Shown here one piece after another: positions 17,523 to 26,189 of a stretch of 39,784 nt of DNA. The stretch is taken from IMG/VR virus record IMGVR_UViG_3300045988_135509, positions 1 through 39,784 of that record. One strand, written 5' to 3'. The notes beneath the pieces are model-generated. The model was not told the DNA's origin. It made no database searches and was given only the letters and a program-made list of their open reading frames with translations. The translations under genes and the position numbers were made by a program. This DNA is from a virus. The first letter of the stretch is position 1. The number at the start of each line of letters is the position of its first letter.

Positions 17523-18452
17523 ATGGCAAATACATTAGCGTATGCAACTTTATTTCAACAAAATTTAGATAAGGCAGCAGTTCAACAAGCTAGAACTGGC
17601 TGGATGGAAGGTAATGCTGGACAGGTAATCTATAAAGGTGGTAAGGAAGTAAAGATTCCTAAGCTTTCTATGGACGGATTAGGGGACTACGATAGAAATG
17701 GTGGTTTCAATGGTGGTTCAGTTACTTTCGAGTATCAAACAAAGCAAATGACACACGATAGAGGTAGATCATTCTCTATAGATGAACTTGACGTTGATGA
17801 AACTAATTTTGTAGTTACTGCTTCAACTATAATGGGAGAATTCCAAAGAACTAAGGTTGTACCAGAAATTGATGCAACAAGAATAGCTTCTCTTGCAACT
17901 ATGGCTATTGGAGTTGCTGACGACACACAAGTCAAGTATGGATATACACCAGCAAAGGCAAGTATCGTTGACGAAATTAAGGCTGGTATAAAGAGAATAA
18001 GGGAAGAAGGATTTGAAGGCGATTTAGTCTGCTATGTAACTTATGATGTTTCAATGTTAGTTAGTCAATATTATGGCGAAAAGTTATCGGCTGCAACATT
18101 TGCAATTAATGGAGTAGATACAAGAGTTCCAGCAATAGATGGCGTACCACTAGTAGAAATGACTTCTAACAAAATGTACACAAAGTTAAAGTTTAATGAT
18201 GGTAAAACATCAGAGCAAACAAAAGGTGGTTTTGAAAAGGCTTCTGATGGAAAGTCAATTAACTTCTTATTAGTGGCTAAAGAATGCCCTATTGCAGTTT
18301 CAAAAACAGATAACATGAGAATTTTCAGCCCAGAAATAAACCAAAAGGCTAGAGCTTGGGCCATGGATTATAGAAAATTCCACGATATATGGGTTCCAGA
18401 TAACAAATTAAAAGGTTTATACGTAAGTGTAAAAGAAGCAAAGTTACCCTAG
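17523..18452 (+). CDS. Major capsid protein
   Basis: 309 aa, strong RBS, position after the scaffold gene. Higher-GC, highly expressed-looking codon usage. Confidence 0.8.
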   Translation: MANTLAYATLFQQNLDKAAVQQARTGWMEGNAGQVIYKGGKEVKIPKLSMDGLGDYDRNGGFNGGSVTFEYQTKQMTHDRGRSFSIDELDVDETNFVVTASTIMGEFQRTKVVPEIDATRIASLATMAIGVADDTQVKYGYTPAKASIVDEIKAGIKRIREEGFEGDLVCYVTYDVSMLVSQYYGEKLSAATFAINGVDTRVPAIDGVPLVEMTSNKMYTKLKFNDGKTSEQTKGGFEKASDGKSINFLLVAKECPIAVSKTDNMRIFSPEINQKARAWAMDYRKFHDIWVPDNKLKGLYVSVKEAKLP

Positions 18453-18522
18453 TGAAGCCCTAGACAATGCTAGGGTTGGAAAAGCCAAAGTTGGTAAAGC
18501 AAAAGTAGGAAAGGGTGAATAG
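18448..18522 (+). other. +1-frame extension of the capsid ORF ([24 protein letters not shown]), candidate recoding product
   Basis: Slip CCC->CCU at CCC-UAG (18447..18452). The +1 frame stays open to the TAG at 18520..18522. Confidence 0.5.
18456..18477 (+). promoter_or_regulatory. Hairpin AGCCCTAG-ACAATG-CTAGGGTT, 6 nt downstream of the CCC codon (candidate frameshift stimulator)
   Basis: 8-bp stem (one G-U pair) read directly. Confidence 0.5.
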
Positions 18523-18523
18523 T

Positions 18524-18895
18524 ATGGCGTATAAAAAGCAAACTTGGAACGATAACGATGTAATAACAAAGGCTAAATTAGATCATATAGAAGAAGGTAT
18601 TGCAAGTATAGAACTTACTCCAGGACCTAAAGGAGAAACAGGTGCACAAGGACCAGCAGGACCACAAGGTGCTACTGGTGAAACTGGACCACAAGGACCA
18701 GCAGGACCTACAGGACCTAAAGGAGAAACAGGTGCACAAGGACCAGCAGGACCACAAGGTGCAGATGCAGTAATCAATAAATTAAACAAAGTAGATGCTT
18801 TAGCTGCTGATTCTGCAACTACACAGCAAATAGCAACTGCATTTAATAGTTTAATTGCAGATTTAAAAGAAAAAGGGTTGATGAATAGTCAATAG
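18524..18895 (+). CDS. Collagen-like (Gly-X-Y)n protein, probable head decoration or fibre (ORF open from GTG 18515)
   Basis: [47 protein letters not shown] is 17 uninterrupted G-X-Y triplets. Contains a 52-nt perfect direct repeat. Confidence 0.85.
   Translation: MAYKKQTWNDNDVITKAKLDHIEEGIASIELTPGPKGETGAQGPAGPQGATGETGPQGPAGPTGPKGETGAQGPAGPQGADAVINKLNKVDALAADSATTQQIATAFNSLIADLKEKGLMNSQ
18621..18762 (+). repeat. 52-nt perfect direct repeat (18621..18672 and 18711..18762, 90-nt register) inside the collagen-like gene
   Basis: caggacctaaaggagaaacaggtgcacaaggaccagcaggaccacaaggtgc occurs twice. Confidence 0.95.
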
Positions 18896-18901
18896 AAAGT
18901 A

Positions 18902-18927
18902 AGAGGGGGGGACATCCCCTCTTTTTT
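18902..18927 (+). terminator. Rho-independent terminator
   Basis: AGAGGGG-GGGACAT-CCCCTCT followed by TTTTT. Confidence 0.8.
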
Positions 18928-18939
18928 AGAGGTGATTAG

Positions 18940-19218
18940 ATGTTTACAGATTCCGAATTAGAAGAAATGGCAATATTGGCTATATACAATTATTTTGATG
19001 GTGAATATACAAAAGAACAAATAAAAAAAGATTTTAATTTAGCAGTAAAGTTGCTTATTAGTAATGTTAAAAAGATGCTAACAATGAAAGTGGCTGGTGT
19101 TAGTTCTGTAAGCCAAGGAAGTCAATCTATTAGTTTTGAAAACGGAGTTGAAGTATTTACATTAACTTCTGATGTACTAGCTTTATTGCCAAAGAAAAAG
19201 ACTTTTAAAGTGTGGTGA
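18940..19218 (+). CDS. Head-tail connector / adaptor protein (gp6-like, by position)
   Basis: 92 aa, first gene after the head genes. Confidence 0.5.
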   Translation: MFTDSELEEMAILAIYNYFDGEYTKEQIKKDFNLAVKLLISNVKKMLTMKVAGVSSVSQGSQSISFENGVEVFTLTSDVLALLPKKKTFKVW

Positions 19219-19222
19219 TAGT

Positions 19223-19534
19223 ATGATTTTCTTTGCAGATACAATTATGTATAAGACCGAAAAAACAGAAATTAACCATGCTGGGCATATAAGTACAAGC
19301 TATACAAAATTAGATGATGCTTATTATGTAAATATCCAACCAATTGACGAGAAAGCAATAAAGTACACATGGGGAAGCGATATTAAGTCGAATTTATCTA
19401 TGTATTCAGATGTGGATTTGAAAATTGGGGATATTGTAGTAATTAATGATAAGGCTTATGCAATAGAAAAGAGAATAGCTTGGAGTACATATTCCTTATA
19501 TGCACTCTTAGAAAGTGATGAAGAAGTATTATGA
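19223..19534 (+). CDS. Head closure / head-tail joining protein (by position)
   Basis: 103 aa, synteny. Confidence 0.45.
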   Translation: MIFFADTIMYKTEKTEINHAGHISTSYTKLDDAYYVNIQPIDEKAIKYTWGSDIKSNLSMYSDVDLKIGDIVVINDKAYAIEKRIAWSTYSLYALLESDEEVL

Positions 19535-19845
19535 GTTATAAGAGTAATATTCCAAGGATTAAAAGTTCCGTTATGGAAGCTTTAGAAGATGCAAGCCAAG
19601 AAATTGGAGTTACAGAACTTGCTAATATGCAGAGCATAGTGCCAGTATTGACTAGTACATTGCAAAAGAGTTTGACATTTAAAAAAGCTAAAAGTGATAA
19701 ATCTTATTCCATAACATGGGGAAGTAATGTTGTTTACGCTGCCAAGGTTGAATTTGAAAACAAAAGTTATCTAAGAGCAGCTTTAAGAAGTGGCACTAAA
19801 GAAATGGAAGATATATTAAGAAAGCATTTAGGAGGGATAAAGTAA
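19531..19845 (+). CDS. HK97 gp10-like neck protein
   Basis: IVPVLTSTLQKSL...WGSNVVYAAKVEF resembles the gp10-family pattern. ATGA overlap with the upstream gene. Confidence 0.55.
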   Translation: MSYKSNIPRIKSSVMEALEDASQEIGVTELANMQSIVPVLTSTLQKSLTFKKAKSDKSYSITWGSNVVYAAKVEFENKSYLRAALRSGTKEMEDILRKHLGGIK

Positions 19846-20210
19846 TGAGTTATATTAAAGAAATATCGGATGAGATTTGGAATAAATTAAATGAGTTATC
19901 CCCTAATAATGTTTTTGATTTAATTCCAAGTAACTTTGATTTTGCTAAAAAAGTAGCAGTTGAATATAAGATTGGTGAAAATGTATTAGATCAAGTTTAT
20001 AAAAGCCAGTACACCTTACAAATTAGAATTGTAGGGAATTTTAACACTCAATTATATAAAATTTTAAATTTAGCTGAATTTATAGACAAGGAAATGAACA
20101 AGGCTGAAATTCTTGAATCGAGAGTTACGAGAGAATCGCCTTATATGACAAGCTACAATGACGAAGATAAGTACAATGTGGTTTTACAGTATTTAATTAA
20201 TAGATATTAA
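19845..20210 (+). CDS. Tail completion / terminator protein (by position)
   Basis: 121 aa, TAATG overlap, immediately upstream of the tube gene. Confidence 0.45.
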   Translation: MSYIKEISDEIWNKLNELSPNNVFDLIPSNFDFAKKVAVEYKIGENVLDQVYKSQYTLQIRIVGNFNTQLYKILNLAEFIDKEMNKAEILESRVTRESPYMTSYNDEDKYNVVLQYLINRY

Positions 20211-20225
20211 AAGGGGGACGATACT

Positions 20226-20783
20226 ATGGCAGAAGCAAAAGTAAAAGAGTTTATTGTTGATACTCCAACTTTATACTATGGTGACATAGATTTAAGTAAT
20301 CCAGACACTTGGGCAGAGTTATTAAAAGGAAAAGAGTTAGGATTATCTAAAGATGGAATAAAGTTCAGTTGCAAGCCAACAATAAGGCAAATTGAATATG
20401 ATGGCAGAATGGAAAGACAAGTTCAAGGAATGGATAGAATTACGAAGTGGGATATATCAGCAGAGGGTGAGATAGTTCAATTTAGACCAGAATTATTACC
20501 AATGGCACTTATTAAAAAAGGCACTACAGAAAGCACAAAATTTGATTTATATACTCCATCTAACAAAATTGAAGATACTGACTATAAAATGTTAGTTATA
20601 GTTGGTAAGGTACATAATTCAGACTTGCCAATAATTATAGTGGTTGAAAATACCTATAATGGTGAAGGATTTGAGTTTGAGGGAAAAGACAATGATGAAA
20701 GTACAGCCACATTTACTATGAATGCGCATTACAAACAAGATAGTGATACTGCGCCTTGCAAGATTTTCGTAAAAAAAAACTAA
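20226..20783 (+). CDS. Major tail (tube) protein
   Basis: 185 aa, strong RBS, located before the G/GT chaperone pair. Confidence 0.75.
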   Translation: MAEAKVKEFIVDTPTLYYGDIDLSNPDTWAELLKGKELGLSKDGIKFSCKPTIRQIEYDGRMERQVQGMDRITKWDISAEGEIVQFRPELLPMALIKKGTTESTKFDLYTPSNKIEDTDYKMLVIVGKVHNSDLPIIIVVENTYNGEGFEFEGKDNDESTATFTMNAHYKQDSDTAPCKIFVKKN

Positions 20784-20845
20784 ATGAAGCTACTTCTTTA
20801 GTTGGTAAAGCTATAGTCGGCAAGGCTAGAGTAGGACAAAATTAA
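20771..20845 (+). other. A9 slippery run plus -1-frame extension (K-LNEATSLVGKAIVGKARVGQN) of the tube ORF
   Basis: GTA AAA AAA AAC TAA. The -1 frame is open from the A-run to the TAA at 20843..20845. Confidence 0.5.
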
Positions 20846-20869
20846 AGGTTAGGGTGTTCCTAGCCTTTT
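20846..20869 (+). terminator. Rho-independent terminator after the tube gene
   Basis: AGGTTAGG-GTGTT-CCTAGCCT (one G-U pair) then TTTT. Confidence 0.7.
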
Positions 20870-20896
20870 ACTTTTATAAAAACGAGGTGTTTAAAA

Positions 20897-21340
20897 ATGA
20901 AAATAAGTACACAACAATGTATTTCGATATTAAAATTCATTAATGCTATGGGAATTAAAAAAGACCTTATAGATGGTATTAAAAAGATTTTAGGGTTGAA
21001 AAATAATAGTGATTTATTAACTAGATCTATTGCTGAAAAACTTGGCGATAAAAAAGATGATATTAACGAAGTAGCAAAGTTCCTTATGGAAAATGAAGAT
21101 ATAAGGGTACAGAGGAACAGATTAGAAGAAGAACAACAAGGTTGTTTATTTGAAATTGTGTATTTAATTATAGAAGGTATTCCGAGGGCAGAGGATTTAT
21201 TTTATAAGACTATTGCAGATATAAAAGGAACAGATGTAGAAGTTGTGAAAGGCACAGATGGTGCGGAAACAGTAGAGATTATAAAAGAAATAATAAATAG
21301 TGAGACTTTTATGGGTTTTTTCAAATTGACTATGAAGTAG
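20897..21340 (+). CDS. Tail assembly chaperone (gpG analogue)
   Basis: Position between tube and tape measure genes. Acidic 147-aa protein. Confidence 0.75.
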   Translation: MKISTQQCISILKFINAMGIKKDLIDGIKKILGLKNNSDLLTRSIAEKLGDKKDDINEVAKFLMENEDIRVQRNRLEEEQQGCLFEIVYLIIEGIPRAEDLFYKTIADIKGTDVEVVKGTDGAETVEIIKEIINSETFMGFFKLTMK

Positions 21341-21639
21341 AAAGGTTAGGCGGAAATTTAGTAGGTTTACTTATTAAATACAATATCTATTTCACAATAC
21401 TTCATATGCCAATAAGCGAGAGTTTAGAGTTAATTGTAAGCATTGTAAACACCCATTATGAAGAAAGAAAGTATAAGGAATGGTTATTAGGTACTGTTCT
21501 AAATGGTATTGGTGGTGGAAAGCTACAATCTTATACAGAATTTTTAGGAATAAAGAATACAAGTAACTTTACTTCTTTAAAATCGGTTGAGGAAATTAAA
21601 AAAGAAAATGAAGAAATATTAAATAACTTCTTTAAATAA
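20897..21639 (+). CDS. Tail assembly chaperone G-T fusion made by a -1 frameshift at 21316..21322
   Basis: The -1 frame is open from 21304 to 21639. The ORF-track entry 21406..21639 is its Met-delimited part. Confidence 0.7.
21316..21322 (+). promoter_or_regulatory. Slippery heptamer U UUU UUC in the gpG frame
   Basis: atg ggT TTT TTC aaa. Fits X XXY YYZ. Confidence 0.75.
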
Positions 21640-21662
21640 TCCCAAGCGAGGGGGGTGAATAT

Positions 21663-23405
21663 ATGGCAGAAGCTTTTGTATTAGAAGGTAAAGTTTTATT
21701 AGATGCAAAAAACGTAATGAATGACTTAGACAAAATAGATAAAAAGGCAAGTGAAACTGGAAGCACATTTGACAAGATAAAAAGTAAAGCTGGTGAATTT
21801 AGTAAATCTTTAGATAAATGGGTTACTAGGGGATTAGCAGCTGGTGGTGCTGCATTAGGTGCTTTTGGAATAAAGGCTATAGATACCGCTAGTGATTTAC
21901 AAGAAGTACAAAACGTAGTTGATACCACTTTCCAAGCTAATGCTGAAATAATAAACCAATGGGCGAAAGAAGCACCAGAAGCTATTGGTATGAGTGAATT
22001 AGCTTACAAACAATATGCTGGAACAATGGGTGCTATGCTTAAATCTATGGGAATGACTTCCGAGCAAACTAAAAACATGAGTGGAAATATAGTTGATTTA
22101 GCTGGGGATATGGCATCTTTCTATAACTTAGACCATGAAGTGGCTTTTGAAAAAATAAGAAGTGGTATTTCTGGGGAAACTGAACCTTTAAAGGCTCTGG
22201 GAATAAATATGAGTGTTGCCAATTTAGAAGCGTATAGATTAGCACAAGGACTTAAAAAGCCATACAATCAAATGTCGCAAAGTGAACAGGTTATGCTTAG
22301 ATACAATTATCTGTTTGAACAGACCGCAGATGCACAAGGTGACTTTAGTAAAACCAGTGATGGATTTGCAAACCAACTTAGAATATTATCGCTAAGATTT
22401 CAAACTTTAGCAGCAGACATAGGAGAGAAGTTATTACCATATGCTTTAAAGTTTGTAGGCTGGGCAAATGAGAATATAGATAAGTTGCCAATGTTAGTGG
22501 GTATTCTAGGAGGATTATTAGTTACTGTAAAAGGCTTCTTTGTTATCACAAAAATAAAACAAGCTTTAGATGCTTGGAATATTGCTACTGCTACTAGTAC
22601 TACAGTAACCAAAGGGGCAACCTTGGCACAAAAAGGATTGAATTTAGCTTGGTTATCTAGCCCAATAACATGGATAGTTGGAGGTATAATGCTTTTAATC
22701 GGTGCAATAGTGCTATTGTGGAATAAATCTGATGCATTTAGGCAAGATGTTATAAATATGTGGAACACTATAACAAGTGCATTCCAAAGTTTTGACGATT
22801 TCCTAAACAATATATTCAGTGTCGATTGGTCAACCGCTTTTGGAAGTTTTGGTAATGTCGTAAATGCCTTTTTAGTTAATGTAAAAGGTGTATGGGATTC
22901 AATTAAACAAGTATTTAGCGGAATAATTGACTTTATTGGCGGCGTATTTAGTGGAGATTGGGATAGAGCATGGCAAGGTGTAAAAAATATCTTTGGTGGA
23001 ATAATGGACGGATTAGGTGCAGTTATTAAAGCTCCACTTAATGCAGTAATAGGACTTATAAATGGTGCTATCCAAGGTATAAATGATGCTATAAGTTTTA
23101 CAGTGCCAGATTGGATTCCTGGTTTAGGCGGTAAGGGATTTAGCGTAAATATTCCTAAAATTAATTATCTTGAAAATGGTGGTATATTTACTAGACCGAC
23201 AATGATTTCGCCAAACATTATGACAGGGGAAAAGAATAAAGGAACACAACCACAAACAGAAGTTATGATACCACTTGATAGGCTTGAACAATGGATTAAA
23301 TGGCTAGCAAGTAGACCAGTTGCAATAGATGGTAGAGAATTAATGAGAGTTGTTGCACCATATCAAAATGAATTTGAAGAATACAATAATAGATTTGCAT
23401 ATTAG
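21663..23405 (+). CDS. Tape measure protein
   Basis: 580 aa, helical N-terminus, hydrophobic central segments, Gly-rich repeats (GGIMDGLGAVIKAPLNAVIGLINGAI). Canonical position. Confidence 0.85.
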   Translation: MAEAFVLEGKVLLDAKNVMNDLDKIDKKASETGSTFDKIKSKAGEFSKSLDKWVTRGLAAGGAALGAFGIKAIDTASDLQEVQNVVDTTFQANAEIINQWAKEAPEAIGMSELAYKQYAGTMGAMLKSMGMTSEQTKNMSGNIVDLAGDMASFYNLDHEVAFEKIRSGISGETEPLKALGINMSVANLEAYRLAQGLKKPYNQMSQSEQVMLRYNYLFEQTADAQGDFSKTSDGFANQLRILSLRFQTLAADIGEKLLPYALKFVGWANENIDKLPMLVGILGGLLVTVKGFFVITKIKQALDAWNIATATSTTVTKGATLAQKGLNLAWLSSPITWIVGGIMLLIGAIVLLWNKSDAFRQDVINMWNTITSAFQSFDDFLNNIFSVDWSTAFGSFGNVVNAFLVNVKGVWDSIKQVFSGIIDFIGGVFSGDWDRAWQGVKNIFGGIMDGLGAVIKAPLNAVIGLINGAIQGINDAISFTVPDWIPGLGGKGFSVNIPKINYLENGGIFTRPTMISPNIMTGEKNKGTQPQTEVMIPLDRLEQWIKWLASRPVAIDGRELMRVVAPYQNEFEEYNNRFAY

Positions 23406-23416
23406 GAGGGGATTTA

Positions 23417-24124
23417 ATGTTAAACAGATTTATATTTAATGGAAAGAAAAATTATAGTGATCTAGGTTTGTTGGTTAAATCCCCAATTAATATTCCGATT
23501 ACCCAAGAAAAAGTTACGGATGAAGAAGTCGAGGGAAGAAACGGAACTTTAACCATATCAACTGGCGCATATCCCGACAAGGTACTAGATATAGAAATAG
23601 GGTTAGAGGATAACGAAAACTTTTGGAAATTTTTTGACCAAATAGATGACTGGCTAACTAATATAGAAGATAATAGATTGATTTTATTAGATAGACCTAA
23701 CAAGGCTTACAGAGTTAAAAGAGTTAATAAAAGTAATTGGGTACAAGAGATTAAGTGGGAAGGTACAACAACTTTATCTTTTCTATGCGAACCATTCCTT
23801 ACAGAGATTGAAGAATATCCAATAAATATATTAAATACAAATAATTTTTACTACCAAGGAACATATCAAGGCAAAGTTAATTTAAAGATAAAGGCTACCG
23901 GGAACATACAAGTTGTGTTTAATGGTGAGCCTTTTATTATTGAAAATGTTAATGGGTTTGTAGAAATAGACGGAAAAAGTCTAAGGTGTGTAAATGAAGA
24001 TGGTACGAACCACGATTTTACCGCTACATTCTTTCCAACGTTGCAGAGGGGTAATAACACTATAGAACTTATCGGAAATATCACAGAAGCTATTATGTTG
24101 CCTAATACGGCATATTTGAATTAG
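23417..24124 (+). CDS. Distal tail protein (Dit, siphovirus tail component)
   Basis: N-terminus FIFNGKKNYSDLGLLV...VEGRNGTL is typical of the family. Follows the tape measure gene. Confidence 0.75.
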   Translation: MLNRFIFNGKKNYSDLGLLVKSPINIPITQEKVTDEEVEGRNGTLTISTGAYPDKVLDIEIGLEDNENFWKFFDQIDDWLTNIEDNRLILLDRPNKAYRVKRVNKSNWVQEIKWEGTTTLSFLCEPFLTEIEEYPINILNTNNFYYQGTYQGKVNLKIKATGNIQVVFNGEPFIIENVNGFVEIDGKSLRCVNEDGTNHDFTATFFPTLQRGNNTIELIGNITEAIMLPNTAYLN

Positions 24125-24135
24125 GAGGTGCTTTT

Positions 24136-26010
24136 ATGAATGGAAATATAATAAAAATAAGTCATTTTCCTAAAGGTACTCCTAAGGACACAGTTTTAAC
24201 CAAGACAAGAACCGTATTAGATAATATCTGCAGGAGTTGCAACGTTGAGGAAGATATAACAAGTGGAAACTATGTTTTAGATGCAGAATTTCTAGTAGAT
24301 AGTGGAGGATTATGGAACGAATTAGTTGAGGAAAGCATATTAAAATGTCAACTTGACTATGGAACAGAAATATTTGTAATAAAGAAGGTTAAGAAACAGA
24401 GTAGATATATTACAGTTACCGCAGTGCAAATGACAATACATGCTTGTAATACGTTATGGTTAGAAGATGTTAGGCCAACAAACACAAATGGTCAAGGTGC
24501 ATTAAGTCACATGCTTGCTAATGCTATAGGAAAGAAAAAAGAAATAGTATTGCAATCTAATATTTCTGTAATGAATACTGCTTATTACCAACGTAAAAAG
24601 CTACAGGAAGCGTTGTTTAGTGCTGACAATAGTTTTATCGAGCGTTGGGGTGGTGAGGTTCTAAGAAGGGGTTACACACTCTCTATAAACGATAGAATCG
24701 GAATGGATAGAAAGGTTGTTATTCGTAGAAGTAAAAATTTAACAGGATTTGAAGGGACTACAGATTTAGACCAACTTTGTACCATGGCAAAAGGTGTAGG
24801 ATTTGACGGAATTACTCACGAAGGTTATATAATGTCACCACTTGCAGAGCAATACGACCAGTATTATCCTCGAGAGTTTAAATATGATGATGTTAAAGTC
24901 AAAACAGAAAATGATACAGAGGGTTATGATACTTTAGAAGAAGCACAAGCCGAGTTAATCAGAAGAGTTAATTTAGAATATTCTAAAAATCATGTTGACG
25001 AATTAAGGGCAGAATATAATCTTAGTTTTATACCTTTAAGCATGACCGAGGAATATAAGCACCTAGCAAGTGAGGTTATTTACTTAGGTGATACTGTTAA
25101 AATACAAGAAACATTGTTAGGAATAGATTTAAAAGTTAGGGTTATTAGTAGAAAATATGATGTTATGAAGCAGAAACCTATTTCTATGACTTTATCTAAT
25201 ATTCCAATTGAAGAAAAAAGAACTACAGTAAGTGATAGTGCTATTATTAAGCAGCTTAAAGACCAAATAAAGCAAAGTAATAACTCGGTTGCAGAGTATG
25301 TGCAAAGTATGATTAATAGTGGTTCTACAAATTCCTATGTACTTTATAGACAAAATGAAATATTGGCTATGGATAGCAAAGATATAAACAGTGCAATAAA
25401 TGTAGTTAGACTTAATAAACATGGTTTAGCTTTTAGCCAAACTGGTTATTATGGCGAGTATACTTATGGATTTACTATAGATGGGGTTTTAAATGCTAGT
25501 CTAATTAGAACTGGAATACTTACTGCTATTCTAATACAAAGTGTTAGTGGGGATTGTAGTATAAACCTAGAAACAGGGGAAGTTAACTTTAATAAAGGAA
25601 TAATAAAAGGATTAAATTCAGAATGGAATTTAAATACTGGAACCTTTAAAACGGAAAAAATTGAGCCATATGGGACTTACTCAACAGAAATTGGCGCAGG
25701 TAGAATATATTCTAGAAATTTATTAGATGTGAGAGCCGATAATGGAATGAATTTTAATGCGGATAATTTTGCATGGTTCAAGAGAGAGGGTGGCGGTTCC
25801 ATTATGAGTTTAGGAGTAGAAAATAAAAGATTTGATGTTGTTATGGATAGAATATATTTAATAAGTGACCGAAATACAAGTATAGATATAGAAGAAGGAA
25901 ACATAAAATTATATGGAAATGTTTTTATAAATGGAGTTTCCTATAATTCTGTAATAGCAAGTCTAACTAATTTAGAAATACGAGCTATGCAAAGCGAGGG
26001 AATAATATGA
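24136..26010 (+). CDS. Tail-associated protein (Tal-like minor structural protein)
   Basis: 624 aa, follows Dit. Confidence 0.65.
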   Translation: MNGNIIKISHFPKGTPKDTVLTKTRTVLDNICRSCNVEEDITSGNYVLDAEFLVDSGGLWNELVEESILKCQLDYGTEIFVIKKVKKQSRYITVTAVQMTIHACNTLWLEDVRPTNTNGQGALSHMLANAIGKKKEIVLQSNISVMNTAYYQRKKLQEALFSADNSFIERWGGEVLRRGYTLSINDRIGMDRKVVIRRSKNLTGFEGTTDLDQLCTMAKGVGFDGITHEGYIMSPLAEQYDQYYPREFKYDDVKVKTENDTEGYDTLEEAQAELIRRVNLEYSKNHVDELRAEYNLSFIPLSMTEEYKHLASEVIYLGDTVKIQETLLGIDLKVRVISRKYDVMKQKPISMTLSNIPIEEKRTTVSDSAIIKQLKDQIKQSNNSVAEYVQSMINSGSTNSYVLYRQNEILAMDSKDINSAINVVRLNKHGLAFSQTGYYGEYTYGFTIDGVLNASLIRTGILTAILIQSVSGDCSINLETGEVNFNKGIIKGLNSEWNLNTGTFKTEKIEPYGTYSTEIGAGRIYSRNLLDVRADNGMNFNADNFAWFKREGGGSIMSLGVENKRFDVVMDRIYLISDRNTSIDIEEGNIKLYGNVFINGVSYNSVIASLTNLEIRAMQSEGII

Positions 26011-26189
26011 TAAACGAAATTTATGTGATATCATTAGCAAACTATATAAAAAGTGGTGTGATAAATCCCAAAACTAATAATCCTTTCTGCATTGAAGATA
26101 TAAAGAAAGAAGAATATATAGAACCGGTAAAGATGAAGATAGAGGAAATGGGGGTAAGGAAGAATGAAATTAAAGCCGCAAATAATTAA
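26007..26189 (+). CDS. Small hypothetical tail-module protein
   Basis: 60 aa, ATGA overlap with Tal. Confidence 0.45.
   Translation: MINEIYVISLANYIKSGVINPKTNNPFCIEDIKKEEYIEPVKMKIEEMGVRKNEIKAANN

Noticed and set aside
18583-18789. GC-rich island with an open minus-strand ORF, possibly foreign DNA or an ncRNA
   Set aside because: The composition is explained by Gly/Pro/Ala codons of the collagen-like repeat. The antisense ORF is a by-product of GGN/CCN periodicity.
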